This document shows, piece by piece, positions 1 through 11,637 of a stretch of DNA of 64,000 nucleotides (the stretch's first letter is position 1; each line of letters begins with the position of its first letter). Source of the DNA: the human T2T-CHM13v2.0 reference genome, Homo sapiens; assembly GCF_009914755.1 (NCBI RefSeq), contig NC_060936.1. The stretch is one strand, 5' to 3'. Position numbers and translations under genes: made by a program. The notes beneath the pieces are model-generated. The model saw only the letters and a program-made list of their open reading frames with translations. It did not search any database and was not told where the DNA came from.

Positions 1-207
1 GCTGTTCTATCCTCAGCCTGGCCAATCACAGAAACCCTCCCAACTGGATATCCACAGTCCCTCAAGATGGCTTTGTCTCTGGAGACCTATTTTTTTTCTG
101 CTCTCCCTTTGATCGTGCCTGACTTGAGGATAAAAAGTCGAGGCATCGAAAGAAGCAAGGATAGGGGCAAGATTTAGGGGGTAGAAAGAGGAATTGTGGG
201 AACTCAC

Positions 208-376
208 GGCTTTGGGCAGCGATCCACTTGGTTTCTGGTCTCTGACGGGGAGATGCAGTTTTGGCTATTGAGAACGATGTCTTCCTTCTGGGCTTTGTTG
301 GTGTCTGCCCTGTAGATCTTCTCAGAGATGCTCTGAATCTCCTCTTTTGTTATGGCATCACTGCTGTGGGAGACCT
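208..376 (-). CDS. ENDOU: ENDOU exon 5 (start of EndoU catalytic domain)
   Basis: EVSHSSDAITKEEIQSISEKIYRADTNKAQKEDIVLNSQNCISPSETRNQVDRCPKP; CAG acceptor, GTGAGT donor. Confidence 0.95.
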
Positions 377-3300
377 CTGGGAGGAATTGGAAGAGGGGTG
401 GCCTCAGAGCCAGAGGGAAAGGGGGGCGGGCAGGAAATTATCTGTGTACCTCCCCTCCTGGGCACCTTCAAGAAGCCAGCAAGGAGGGAGGGGGGCCACA
501 GTTGGACACCCTAGTGGTGGACAGGGGCCCAGAGCCTAAAGGACGTGTAAAATCACCACACGGCATTGCCCACAGAATGTCCCCCGCCCCTTCCCCCTAG
601 AAGGGGTCTCACGCTTGAGCATGCATCAGAACCACCTGGAGGCCCTGGTAGTACAGGACAGTGAGTCCCATCCCTAGAGTTTCTAATTAAGTAGGCCCGG
701 AGTGAAGCCCCAGAGTTTGTGTTTCTAACAAGTTCTCAGACATTGCTGAAGCTGCTGGTCCAGGGACCACATGTTGAGAACCTGCTCTAAAGTCCTTCTG
801 TCTCTGCAGCTTAGCTAAGGGAGCAGAAGACTAACCGTGGTCACTACACAGGCTCTCAAAATCCTTGCAGCAGTTCCCAAACTCTTGGCAGCGGGCATTG
901 CAGTGACATTGGTGGTGCTTGTCAAAGGCTTCGTAGCAGCGGCCCTGGCAGGAGGTGGGTGCCGAGTACAAGTCTGAGAAGAGAGGGGTGGTGTGTCCCG
1001 GGCTGACCTCTAGAGGTCGCTCTGAACGCCCCACAGGCTGTCGCTCCCTAGCCTGGCTGTCTTCACTCTGCCCAGTAAAGATCTCCAGGGAAGGAAAACA
1101 AACAAACCTAATTCGTGCACACCCTTCACAGTCAGGAAGTCCTTTCTGATGCCGAACTTTACTTTCTGGCCTGCTGTTTTTCTAATCTTCTCATTCTAAA
1201 AATAAAATCTCTTCCACTTCCCTCTCCAGGCCTCAGGCTCTCTTTCCTAGCTACCCTCCTCCCATGGCCCCCCAGGCTGGCTGAGCCCCCCCAGGCTTCT
1301 TCCTGCCCAGGTTCCCAGAATCCAACAAGCCTCTCTCATCTGGCTGAGGCCTGGGCCTGGTGCCACTGCCATGGCCGCCCCTGCTTGTCACCCTCATGTC
1401 CCTCCTGCTTTATCTTGAGGGCCCCCCTTTGGGGAGGCAGGCTCACTGCTGGCGAGGGCCTCTTCTGTCTCTTCCTCCAGCTGTGGCAATGGCTCTGACT
1501 CTTTGTGGTCCTCTGCAGGTAGATAGAAAAATAAAGTCACCAACAACCTGAGAATTCCCCTGCTGCTTGGTTTCTGGTTCTCTGTTTCCCCAGCCTCAGG
1601 GGACAAGCAAGGGCACTGGAAGCAAATTCTGAACAGGGGCTGGGGTCCAATGGACAGGCACCAAATAATGATGATGAAAACAGAAAATGGAAGATGTTTC
1701 CAATGGAAGACACATTATAGAAAACTTATAAAAAAGGAAAATAATTTCCCCAGGTGACACATCTGGATTGAAAACTCTGACTTCGGTGATGAAAACTCTG
1801 ATTTAACAAAAGTTGACAGATGGATAGAGGCTTGATGCTGTCCTAATGACAAAGCCCTCACTTAGGAACATCCTGTACCTAGAAAAACTTCTCGTCAGAG
1901 CTCAGGGTAAATTCTCAGGGCCTCAAGGAATAAGAGCTGTTTCCTGAGATTCCAACTTCCCTTCTTTCTTTGCCCCACTTGGAAATGGCCACAAAGACTG
2001 TGTCTAGGGAAAAGGCATGTTCAGAAAAGCACATTCCTATTGCTGCCCCTTTCCCTTCACCTGCAAGCTGAGTGACTGTAGCTCAGCTCTGGGTGGAGAA
2101 GGGTGGATTTGAGGTTGGGGGTGATGCAGGGGGGAGAAATGTTCCTGGGGACTCTGAGTTCCTCTCTCATCACACAGTGGAATAATCCCCCCACCAGCAC
2201 CCCCTCCACACACCCAACAAACAGTACTGTTACAAAGTGATTCAGAATCTACTAGTGAGTTTGCTGGAAAGTTATTACCATCAGAACTACCAGTTAGGTT
2301 ATTCTTCAGTCAACAAACATCTTCTGATCACTTACTATGTGTCAGGTTGTGTTCTAAGTGCTGGCAATCCATGGAGTTCTGAATTCAGCCACATTTTATG
2401 CTAAACAGAATTTTGTGTGCTGAGCTGGAATCCTAACCATCATTTCCAATATGTTTTTCTATAGGAAAGGGGTTCTGAGTTGCAAATCAGAAACTTGAAG
2501 ATGAAATGGCTACTACGCTGGGTATTGCCTTTATCTTGAATGCCAGCCTGATGGTCCAAGGTGAACAAGCCTTCCTGTGTTTTCTGAATGGTAAGAAAAA
2601 GTGGGGACACAAGGACAGCAGAAAAGGCATAGGCTCTGATTCCGGCTGATCTCGGCCTGGGTCTCCCTGCCTGGGGAAGGAGGTGTATGTGTGTGTGCTA
2701 ATATATATGTGGTGCTAATGTATAATACATATGCTTATATGGTGATATGGTTTGGCTGTGTCCCCCCTCAAATCTCATCTTGAATGGTAGCTCACATAAT
2801 TCCCATGTGTCACGGGAGGGACCTGGTGAGAGGTAACTGAATCATGGGGACGGGTTTTTCCTGTGCTGGTTCTCGTGATAGTGAATAAGTCTCACGATAT
2901 CTTATGGTTTTATAAAGTGCAGTTCCCCCGCACTTTGCCTGCCACCATGTAAGATGTGTCTTTGCGCCTCCTTTGCCTTCCACCATGATTGTGCGGCCTC
3001 CCCAGCCATGTGGAACGGTGAGTCTATTAAACCTCTTTTTCTTTACAAATTACCCAGTCTCGGGTATTTCTTCATAGCAGTATGAAAATGGACTAATACA
3101 TATGGTGTTTTTGTATAAATTGAAAAAAAGCTTCCATACGAGTGGAAGCAGCTCTGTGGGTGCTTGACTGGCTACCACCTTTGGGCAAATTCAGAAAACA
3201 CACTTGTTTCTCTCAGCAGACACAACTCTTCACCAGTGCACAAAACCTGATGAGAAGGATACAGACTGGATTTTGGTCCAGCTTGCTGCTTAACTAGGTT

Positions 3301-6300
3301 CCCTTGTACAACGCACAACCTGTGCAATGATTATGCAGTGAAATTGATGGCCATTACCTAACGTGGCTTCAGTGACCATGTTTTCAAAACTGGGAGTCAG
3401 AGTGCATGGCTTGACATCAAGGCTTTGTGTCACAAAGCAGAAGATCATTAATCTGGGAGTTGACAACATTGGAAGCACCTAAACAAGTTGATTATTCATA
3501 CAAGATTTTTTTCAAGTATTCATTTAAAACTATGCAGTTAAAGGTGGTGCATGTCCTGTTCTAATTGGTAGGCTGGAAATGATGGTATGGAGATGTTGCA
3601 CCACGTGGTCCCTTCACTAGAGGAAGAGTGGTATGAATCGTGTCCGTCACTGTGACACCATGCAGTCTTCCTGGCAGTACACAAGTTGTGAGAGTTTGCT
3701 ACCATTTTTACATTTTTGTGATTTAAAGTGTTGAATAACAATTAATAATGTCATACATACTAAAATATTATTTTTATCATTTTACCCTTTTTTAGAATTT
3801 AGTACTTAAACTTTCAAGATATTGTTAAAACTGATATTTCAGACAGAAATTCTAGGTAAATGACATCTACTGTATTTTAAGTTGGGGGCATCCTAGAAAA
3901 CCTGAGAAAAGTGGTGGCCAAATTCCTGACCCTGCCTCTGTCCCTCAGTGCTTTCTGTCCAGACCCTTAGAGCCCCTGTGAGTCCTGAACGCTGCTCTGG
4001 CCTGCTGGACACCCAGGCCAGTGGCCCCTTAGACAGGCTGGACATGCCTTCGTCTCACAAGGAGGCTCACCAGTACACAGATGTTCATAGTCTTCACAGC
4101 AGTTCCCATGCCAGAGACACCGGCGGTCACACTGGCAGGCAGCGTCCCGGTTAAATTTCTCATTACATCGAGATGCACAGGATTCTATTTTTCCTATGGG
4201 CAGTAAAGGTCACCAACTCAGCTCTATGGAGACCCTGTTCTCCCCAGGGTGCCTCCTGCAGGAGGGTTCACAGACCAGGGCAGGAGTGTACCTGGCAGGG
4301 AAGGGCATTACTCTCTGCAAAGGAGAAGTACATCCACAGCCTCCCATGCACAACATAAGCCTCCTCCCCACCACCCAACACCCACCAAATATTTCAAGGC
4401 TCATCAAAGAGACCAGGATCACAAACCCAAATCCCTATTTGGGTTAGGCCCATAACATAAGCAAGTAAAGAAGCAGGGTATGAGGCAGTAGGAAGAAATG
4501 GAGACCGTGACAAACTTGAGAGCAATGCTCCATCTGAAATTTGCAGCTGATGCTCAGCTCTAGCCGATTGTGGCCATGTTGGGATGTGTGCTCAGTGTTG
4601 CCAGAGCCTTCCCTTTTTTTTTCAAGATAAATCTTCATTTTTATGTGAAATTTTCCAACCTTGTAACACTTTAAGCACACCAAAGAAAGAGGTCTGTGAA
4701 CTGGGTGTAGCCCACAGGCCCCCTTCACCTGTCATGTCATGCTGCCCCAGGGATGTCCCCTGCCCCTGACCCTCCGCTGGCTCTTATTCCATCCCTGTTA
4801 TGTTATTTGCTTCTTTGCTCTTGTCTCCCCTTCTGGTCTTCTCTGCACGCTCTTTCCCCCTGTGTCACATCTTTCTGTTCTTTCCCGTCTTTGGAGTACA
4901 TTCAGATGAATTTATGCTCAGGGTGGGGAATGAGGCGGGTGCGGGTGAGAATTGGGCTCTGGCATAGCATTCTATTATGTAACCACAGACCACATCCCCC
5001 ACTGCAGCCAAATGGTTTGCAGAAGCAAGCTTTTGGTCGCAAGGGACATAAGACAAGACATTTTGAAGGAACAGTGGAAACCCACTATCCACTCTGGGCT
5101 TTAAGGGTGATAACAGAGTCTTTGTTCGATTTGAGGTTCCTGAGGTTTGGATTTCACGAACGCTGGGTTCAGAGGTCATACTGTGGGTTACAGAGAATGT
5201 CAAGATCAGAGTCAGAGTTACCATCAGCATCAGAATTTGTATCAGTGAGGAAACTGAAACCTAATTTGGACCAGGGTTGGGGTTAGTTAGGTTAAGAACT
5301 ACAGTTAGGATTTGGGCTTGAGTTAAATTAGTTGATAAATTAACAATTTTGTATTGATATTTGGGTAAGGAATAGGAATAGACTTAAGATGACATTCGGG
5401 GTTGAGGAATGTGTCAGGATGAGAAAAAGATGAATAATCCCTGTTTTGTTTGGGGGCTTGGTTCTGGTTATGATTCAATACAGGTGTAGTATCTTAATTT
5501 AAGCCTGGAGTGGGTTAGAGCTTAAATATTACAGGTTGGGTTTGGTTACCAGTCCCTAGTATTGGATTCTGGGATTAAGGTTGATACTTTGTCTAATGAG
5601 GGACAGCATAGCAGAGAGGTCAAGAACCTAGACTCTGGCGCCAAACTGCTTGAGGCTGGAATTCTGGTTCTACTGCTTTCTAGCTATGTGATCTTGGGCA
5701 AGTTATTTGAACTTCTGTGCGTTGGTTTTCGTATCTGTAAAAGTGGGATGATAATGGAGCCTATCTCATAGAATATTTGTAAGAATTAAATGAGTTAATA
5801 TATGTAAAGCACTTAGGACAGCAAGTGACACATAGTAGTACCATAGAAGTATTTGTTAGGTGAATAAACGGTGGCAATATTTCATGCCCATCTTCCAAGT
5901 GACAAGTGTTCAGACTGGCTGGAGCAGTCTTCCCTGTGTTGTGGCCCCGTCGACACACTTAATCTAGCTGACACTCTCCCAGGGTTTCAACAGGGCCATC
6001 CCTTGGGCTGGGTTGTCAGCACATCTGTGTTGCTGGTTTCCTGGCTGACTTCATCACTACAGGTCTGTATTCTTTACATCAGAGAGGCATTGGGTCAAGG
6101 TTAACCCGGGTCCTCAGACAACTTCACATTGTCAGGCCTCCAAGGTGGGCAGGAAGGCAGGTTTCCAGTCCCTAAAAGAGACCAGGCCCAAGGCCACTTG
6201 TTCCTTCAAGCCGGCAGGAACTCCTCTTGAATGTTAAATGATGCTCCCTTGGAGCCTGAATGCAAAGACCTTAAGGAGAAATTTTCAGCCCATCAGCTCC

Positions 6301-8731
6301 CTGCTCAGTCAGCCTGGCAGTACACCCAGAATCCAAAGGGAGAGAATTCAGGCAAATCAGGGCAATGTTTTTAATGGGCCAAATCAGCAGAGTCCAGGGA
6401 AAGAATTCACTTCATTCCAGCAGCTGGCACCAGTTGAGAAGGGTTGCAAGCGAGCAGTCAGCTGGACGTGCAGGAGAGCACCCCCGCCGGCCCAAGCTGA
6501 GTGGGCTTTTTCATCTCTGCTCAAGAACTTTGTCTCCAGCAAGAGCCCCATGCCAGCACTTTCTCACATTTCTCTGTGCACTTAGTCTGCTTCAAGGTGA
6601 CCTTGGGATTTGACAGTGGAGTGCAGGGGTGGGAGGAACTTTTCCTCATAGGCACTTTGCTGTGACATTCTGGGGACACTCTGATGAGTAACTAGTCACC
6701 CTAACAACTCACTCCAGCATCCCCACACTGCACCATTAACACCAACACTCTGAGTAAGCCTTGCTCCCCAAGCCAGGTGCCTGAATCACTGCTGTAGTAA
6801 CCTGTGCCTCTTGTTCCTCTGCCTCACCTCTCTGACTCTCTGCCTTTCTTCATCTGAGCCTTTCCTCTCTCGGGTTCAGATTCTCCCTCCATTCCCCCAA
6901 GAAATGCTCAATTTCTCTGCACTTTCTAAGACTTCAATATGCCAGAACAGCCACTCCCTATCCATACTGGCCATCAAGGAAGCTTGGTCCCAAGCCTGGG
7001 TGGACACAGTGTCCCTGTACACTGGTGCTCAGCCCCTCTGATGACTGGGACATCCTACACATCTGTACCGTTAGAAGGCCCCAGATGCTGTTTCCATGGA
7101 GACCTAGTCAACCAAGAAGCCTCACCCCTTGGACTAGCTTCCTGCCTCCATTCACAACCAAAAAAATCAACCAAGGTTCTCCACAGACATCCAGCTCATA
7201 AAGGAGGACCTGAGGCTGTCAGTGATTCCCCATGTGATTCATATTCTTGCCTCTCAGTTCTGAGATGTTGGGATAGTATCAACAAGTGCAGAGCCTCTTC
7301 CCTGCCACCTTAGGAAGCCTCATACACTTGACCTCACTTCCCCATCGATCCCACAGCCAAAGCAGATACTGCCCTCCGACCTAGCAGCAAGAGCTCCACC
7401 TGCACTTCTAAAGCCACTGCTACCTCTGCCCCCCAGGGACCAAATATCCAGAGTTGCTCTCCTTCCCTAAGGCTGGAATATGCCAAGCCTGCTGGCCACC
7501 CCTACACATTAAGCCCCCAAGTTCCACCTTCCTCCCAACCAACAGGGCTGAGGCTGGTGGCTCCCAGGCCCACCCTCATGCTCTCCCACTGCCTCTCCAC
7601 CCACTAGGGCCCAGGCAGAGCTGGTTTCTGGTAAGATGCACTATCTCATCCATGGTTGGGAGGCACAACTTCCTCTTCCAGGGGTTTTCCACTTAGAAAT
7701 CCCATAAGGGTCTCCTTTCCACAACCCAGTTGGAAATGACCCCAAGCGGAAGTTTCTCCCAAGAAAATTTATAGTCATAATCATAGCGAATTTCCAGTTC
7801 ACTGAGATCTCACTTTGCACCAGGTGCTTCTCATACATTATTTCATTTAATCCTTTCCACAGTCCTACACAGGAGCAACCCAGTGGAAGGATTCTTTCTC
7901 CTGTGGGCAGAGGAGGATTCTCCCCACACTCCTCAGCTCAGCCCCTCCCTTGGCACTCCTTCCCACCCACCCACTAGCTACCAATTAACCCATCAGCACC
8001 AGCATTTTGCACAGTTACTAAACAGGAACATGGTCCTGTTCCTCTGCCAGTCCCATCCCCTGGACCTCTCATAACTGTGGGCCAGGTCCCTTCTGTATTC
8101 TTCAATTCTCCTAACACTGCAACAGAGATCCATTCCTCTGACCCCTGTACAGCCCCAGATAGGACGAGGCCCACCTCCTGGTCAAAGGTCCTTTCAGTTT
8201 CCTCCTAAGCCTGCCCACCTCCTAAGGCTCTACCCAAAGTAACATCACACCCTAAACAACCTCACCTGTCACCAGGCAGTGGAAGGAGTGACCAAGGGCA
8301 GCCAGGCCACTCAGACCCCATGGACACCAGCCCTAGCTTTATTCCTTACAGTGGCCCCAGACAACAAAATCTTGGGGAGATCAAAAGTCAGGCTGGACTA
8401 AGGGATATTTGGGGCTGATCCTCCAAGGTGTCAAGAAGGGAATTCCATGAAATCAGACCATCAGCCCTGCAACTCTCTCCACATAGTCCAGTCCATTCCG
8501 GGACCAACGCCTGCACCCTCAGACAAGGACAACCCAAAAGTGCTCTGCGGCTTTAGGACAGAGCTCACCCTCCCTTGTCCCACGGCCCTGCCCTCTACCA
8601 AGTTCTCCAACTCTCTGCTTCTTTAGGCAAGATCCCGCCCCACCAGCAATCCCATGCCCGCCAGATAGTGACTTACCAGCCCAGGCCAGGCCACACAGCA
8701 CGGCCAATACCAGGGAGATGCAGGCCCTCAT
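208..8731 (-). CDS. ENDOU: ENDOU (uridylate-specific endoribonuclease, placental protein 11), coding exons 1-5; gene continues beyond window start
   Basis: Spliced translation MRACISLVLAVLCGLAWAG-KIESCASRC...-EDHKESEP...-NLYSAPTSCQGRC...-EVSHSSDAITKEEIQ... shows a signal peptide, two somatomedin-B domains and the start of the EndoU domain. All junctions are GT-AG and in phase. Confidence 0.97.
601..786 (+). mobile_element. MER5A-like hAT DNA transposon fossil
   Basis: GCATCAGAACCACCTGGAGG...TTTCTAACAAGTTCTCAG...GCTGCTGGTCCAGGGACCACATGTTGAGAACC. Confidence 0.75.
836..973 (-). CDS. ENDOU: ENDOU exon 4 (somatomedin-B domain 2)
   Basis: NLYSAPTSCQGRCYEAFDKHHQCHCNARCQEFGNCCKDFESLCSDH; CAG acceptor, GTTAG donor; 138 nt. 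Confidence 0.95.
1447..1512 (-). CDS. ENDOU: ENDOU exon 3 (acidic linker EDHKESEPLPQLEEETEEALAS)
   Basis: CAG acceptor, GTGAG donor, 66 nt, phase 1-1. Confidence 0.94.
2743..3100 (+). mobile_element. THE1 (THE1C-like) MaLR solo LTR
   Basis: TGATATGGTTTGGCTGTGTCCCC...GAAAATGGACTAATACA with a perfect 5-bp TSD (TATGG) on both sides. Confidence 0.92.
4071..4193 (-). CDS. ENDOU: ENDOU exon 2 (somatomedin-B domain 1, 123 nt, phase 1-1)
   Basis: Translates to KIESCASRCNEKFNRDAACQCDRRCLWHGNCCEDYEHLCT with 8 Cys in SMB spacing; TAG acceptor, GTGAG donor. Not in the ORF track. Confidence 0.95.
5602..5860 (+). mobile_element. MIR SINE
   Basis: MIR core TGTGATCTTGGGCAAGTTATTTGAAC...CTGTAAAA...GATAAT. 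Confidence 0.8.
8677..8731 (-). CDS. ENDOU: ENDOU coding exon 1 (signal peptide MRACISLVLAVLCGLAWA-G)
   Basis: ATG at 8731; donor GTAAGT at 8676-8671. Confidence 0.96.
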
Positions 8732-9980
8732 GGTGCCCAGTTGGAGGCCAAAAAGGGAGTGGCTGTTGGACTTTCACTAGAGTCAGATGAATGTCACAGC
8801 TCTCAGACGAGCCTTATTCCTCAAGCTGATCCTTTTAAAGACACCAGGACTTGTGGAGCTGGTGTCTCCAGATCCTTTCAGGAAGAAAAAGGGGAGGGAG
8901 GGACCCTAGATGGATAGGAGGTGGGGCCCTACAGCTGTTTGAAGCCTGAGGGAAGGTGACTAAGAAGGTAGGTAATGCCAGATGTTGAGAACAGGTAATG
9001 CTAGCTGTTTGCAGCTTAAAAAATAGGTCATGCAGGCAGGCACACCAAGATGGGTCCAGTTTGGAGGGTTCTTTGTCCAAATTAGGGACACCCATGGGCT
9101 GATCTTTGGGTGATCCCCACCAAACAGACACCTACTTCCAAGTCTCAGACCTGACTTTCCAAGGGGCCACAGGTTGGATTCATCTTCAAATTCCTGGAGC
9201 TTAGCATGACACTGGCACACAGTAAGGTGATTGGTCCAAATTTGACAAACAGTAAGTGCCCAAGCAAGGGTTGGGGTCATTGGACAGAGAGATAGAGGAT
9301 GTGTCGGTCAGAACCAGTGCTATTCTTATGACCACCAAGCCCAGCATAGCTAAATCAGCCACATGTCGAGCGCATGGCTAAATCACTCTAAAATATTATG
9401 CAAATGACTCTTACTGAGTCAGCCTCTGGGGTTTAAACGTTTCAGATTCCTTATGAGGCAGGGGAGGGGCAAGAGGCCTCTTAAAGGCAACCGAAGGCCC
9501 ACTCTTCTTCCCCTGGGAGCCCAGGGTTTCACTCCCTTCACCCCCACTTACACTCCTCTCCTCAGGAACTCCTCCCCAGTGAGGTTCTTTTGTTTCCAAG
9601 TCCAAAAGAAGGGGAGCAGCTCCCCGTGACTGTCCAGTTTTCCCCGATAATAAAGGTAAAATCTGCCAAGTATGATGCCCTTGCCAGAAAGAGCACTGCA
9701 TGGGGATTCTCAACCCTCTCAGGAAAGAAAACTATCATATAAAAAGGCAAAATTGGTGAACAGTGGAGGCCACTCTATCAGTGATTTTTTTCTGGAGGTT
9801 GGGAGTGGAGCACGTCTTCATCCAGTGTGCTTTAACAGGAGAAGTTTCTTCCTCTCGCTGGTCTTCAGCTTTCTCATCTGAAATGATGGGGTTGGATCTG
9901 ACAATCCCTTCCAGGTTCTCAGACTTTAATCTCGAGTTTTCCTGCCCATGCGCCAGGTTGAACAGTTGCTGGTGGGTTAA

Positions 9981-10408
<428 letters not shown>

Positions 10409-10924
10409 TGAGCCTAGCCCTTCTCTCCCAGAAGGGAGCTGGTTAGAATGAGTAAGAGCAGAAATGGCTGCTTCATTTGCATAGATTTCATTTACACAAT
10501 CCAAAAGCAGGCTGAAGAGTCACTGCCCCTCAGAATCCTCATCCTCCCTGGGTTGGCACCACATAAACGTGTCTCTGACTCCTGTTGTTTAGGGGACAAA
10601 GGAGGGTGTCACTGGCTGGCCTGGGAAGCAATGATGCCTCAGAATTTGGGAATGAATGGTCTGTCCCTTCCAAGTGTCCAGCTGGGTGGACCCTAGCTGA
10701 AGCCAAAGCTGTCAGAGTGGAGTACAGCCTGGCTAGGTTCTCCTAGTGTCCAGCTGAACTGGCCATGGGATGGTGTTTTGAGGGCAGGAGCTCTCCCCCC
10801 ATTAATGGAATTTTAGGTCAGGAGCAAGGATTGGAGCTGGGGAAGACAGTTAAGGATGACTCCATAGAGCCAGATGGTTCATCTGAGTACCCAAGTGTTT
10901 AAAACTGCATCCTTCAATAAGAAT

Positions 10925-11150
10925 AACAGCCTTAACAACCACCAGCAACATTGACTGAGCACTTACCACGTGTGTTATCATATGTGTTATCTCATTGATT
11001 CTCACTACAACCTTAATAGGTACTATTGCTGTCCTCATTTTACAGATGAAGAAACTGAGGCACAGAAAGGTTAGGAGACGTGCCCAGAAGCACACAATCA
11101 TTAAGTTATGCAGCTGTGCCTCAACCCAGATCCATCTGACCAGGGGTCAT
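10925..11150 (-). mobile_element. MIR SINE
   Basis: CATTTTACAGATGAAGAAACTGAGGCACAGA core. Confidence 0.8.
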
Positions 11151-11567
11151 TCTCATAAGCACCGTTGCTCCATTGCCCCACAACATCACACTTTGAACGA
11201 CCACTTAATCATGTCTGGTTACTATACAAAGCAGTCTAGATTTAAATTCACTGGAATTAAAGGGACCTCAACTGCCATCTAGTTCCACTTCTCATAGGAT
11301 GTCACAACTCCCTAAACAACCCTAAGTGCTTGTCCTGCCTCTCCTTCATTGCCTCTGGTGCTGAGGGTTGAGGGGTGGGGAATTGGGATATGCCCTCCCA
11401 CGGCTGCTCATACGCCCTCTTCGTAGATCGGATTCCCAAACCCCAGATTTTATAACCGAAGACATGCTGACAAAGGCAGAAAAAATCCATTAAGCCAATA
11501 AATGAAAATATATCAATACATATTCATGCAAAGATGCCTCATAAACTTAGATGTCCATGTATGTGTG

Positions 11568-11570
<3 letters not shown>

Positions 11571-11634
<64 letters not shown>
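11571..11634. repeat. Compound microsatellite (AC)16 AA (AG)15
   Basis: Directly visible. Confidence 0.97.
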
Positions 11635-11637
<3 letters not shown>

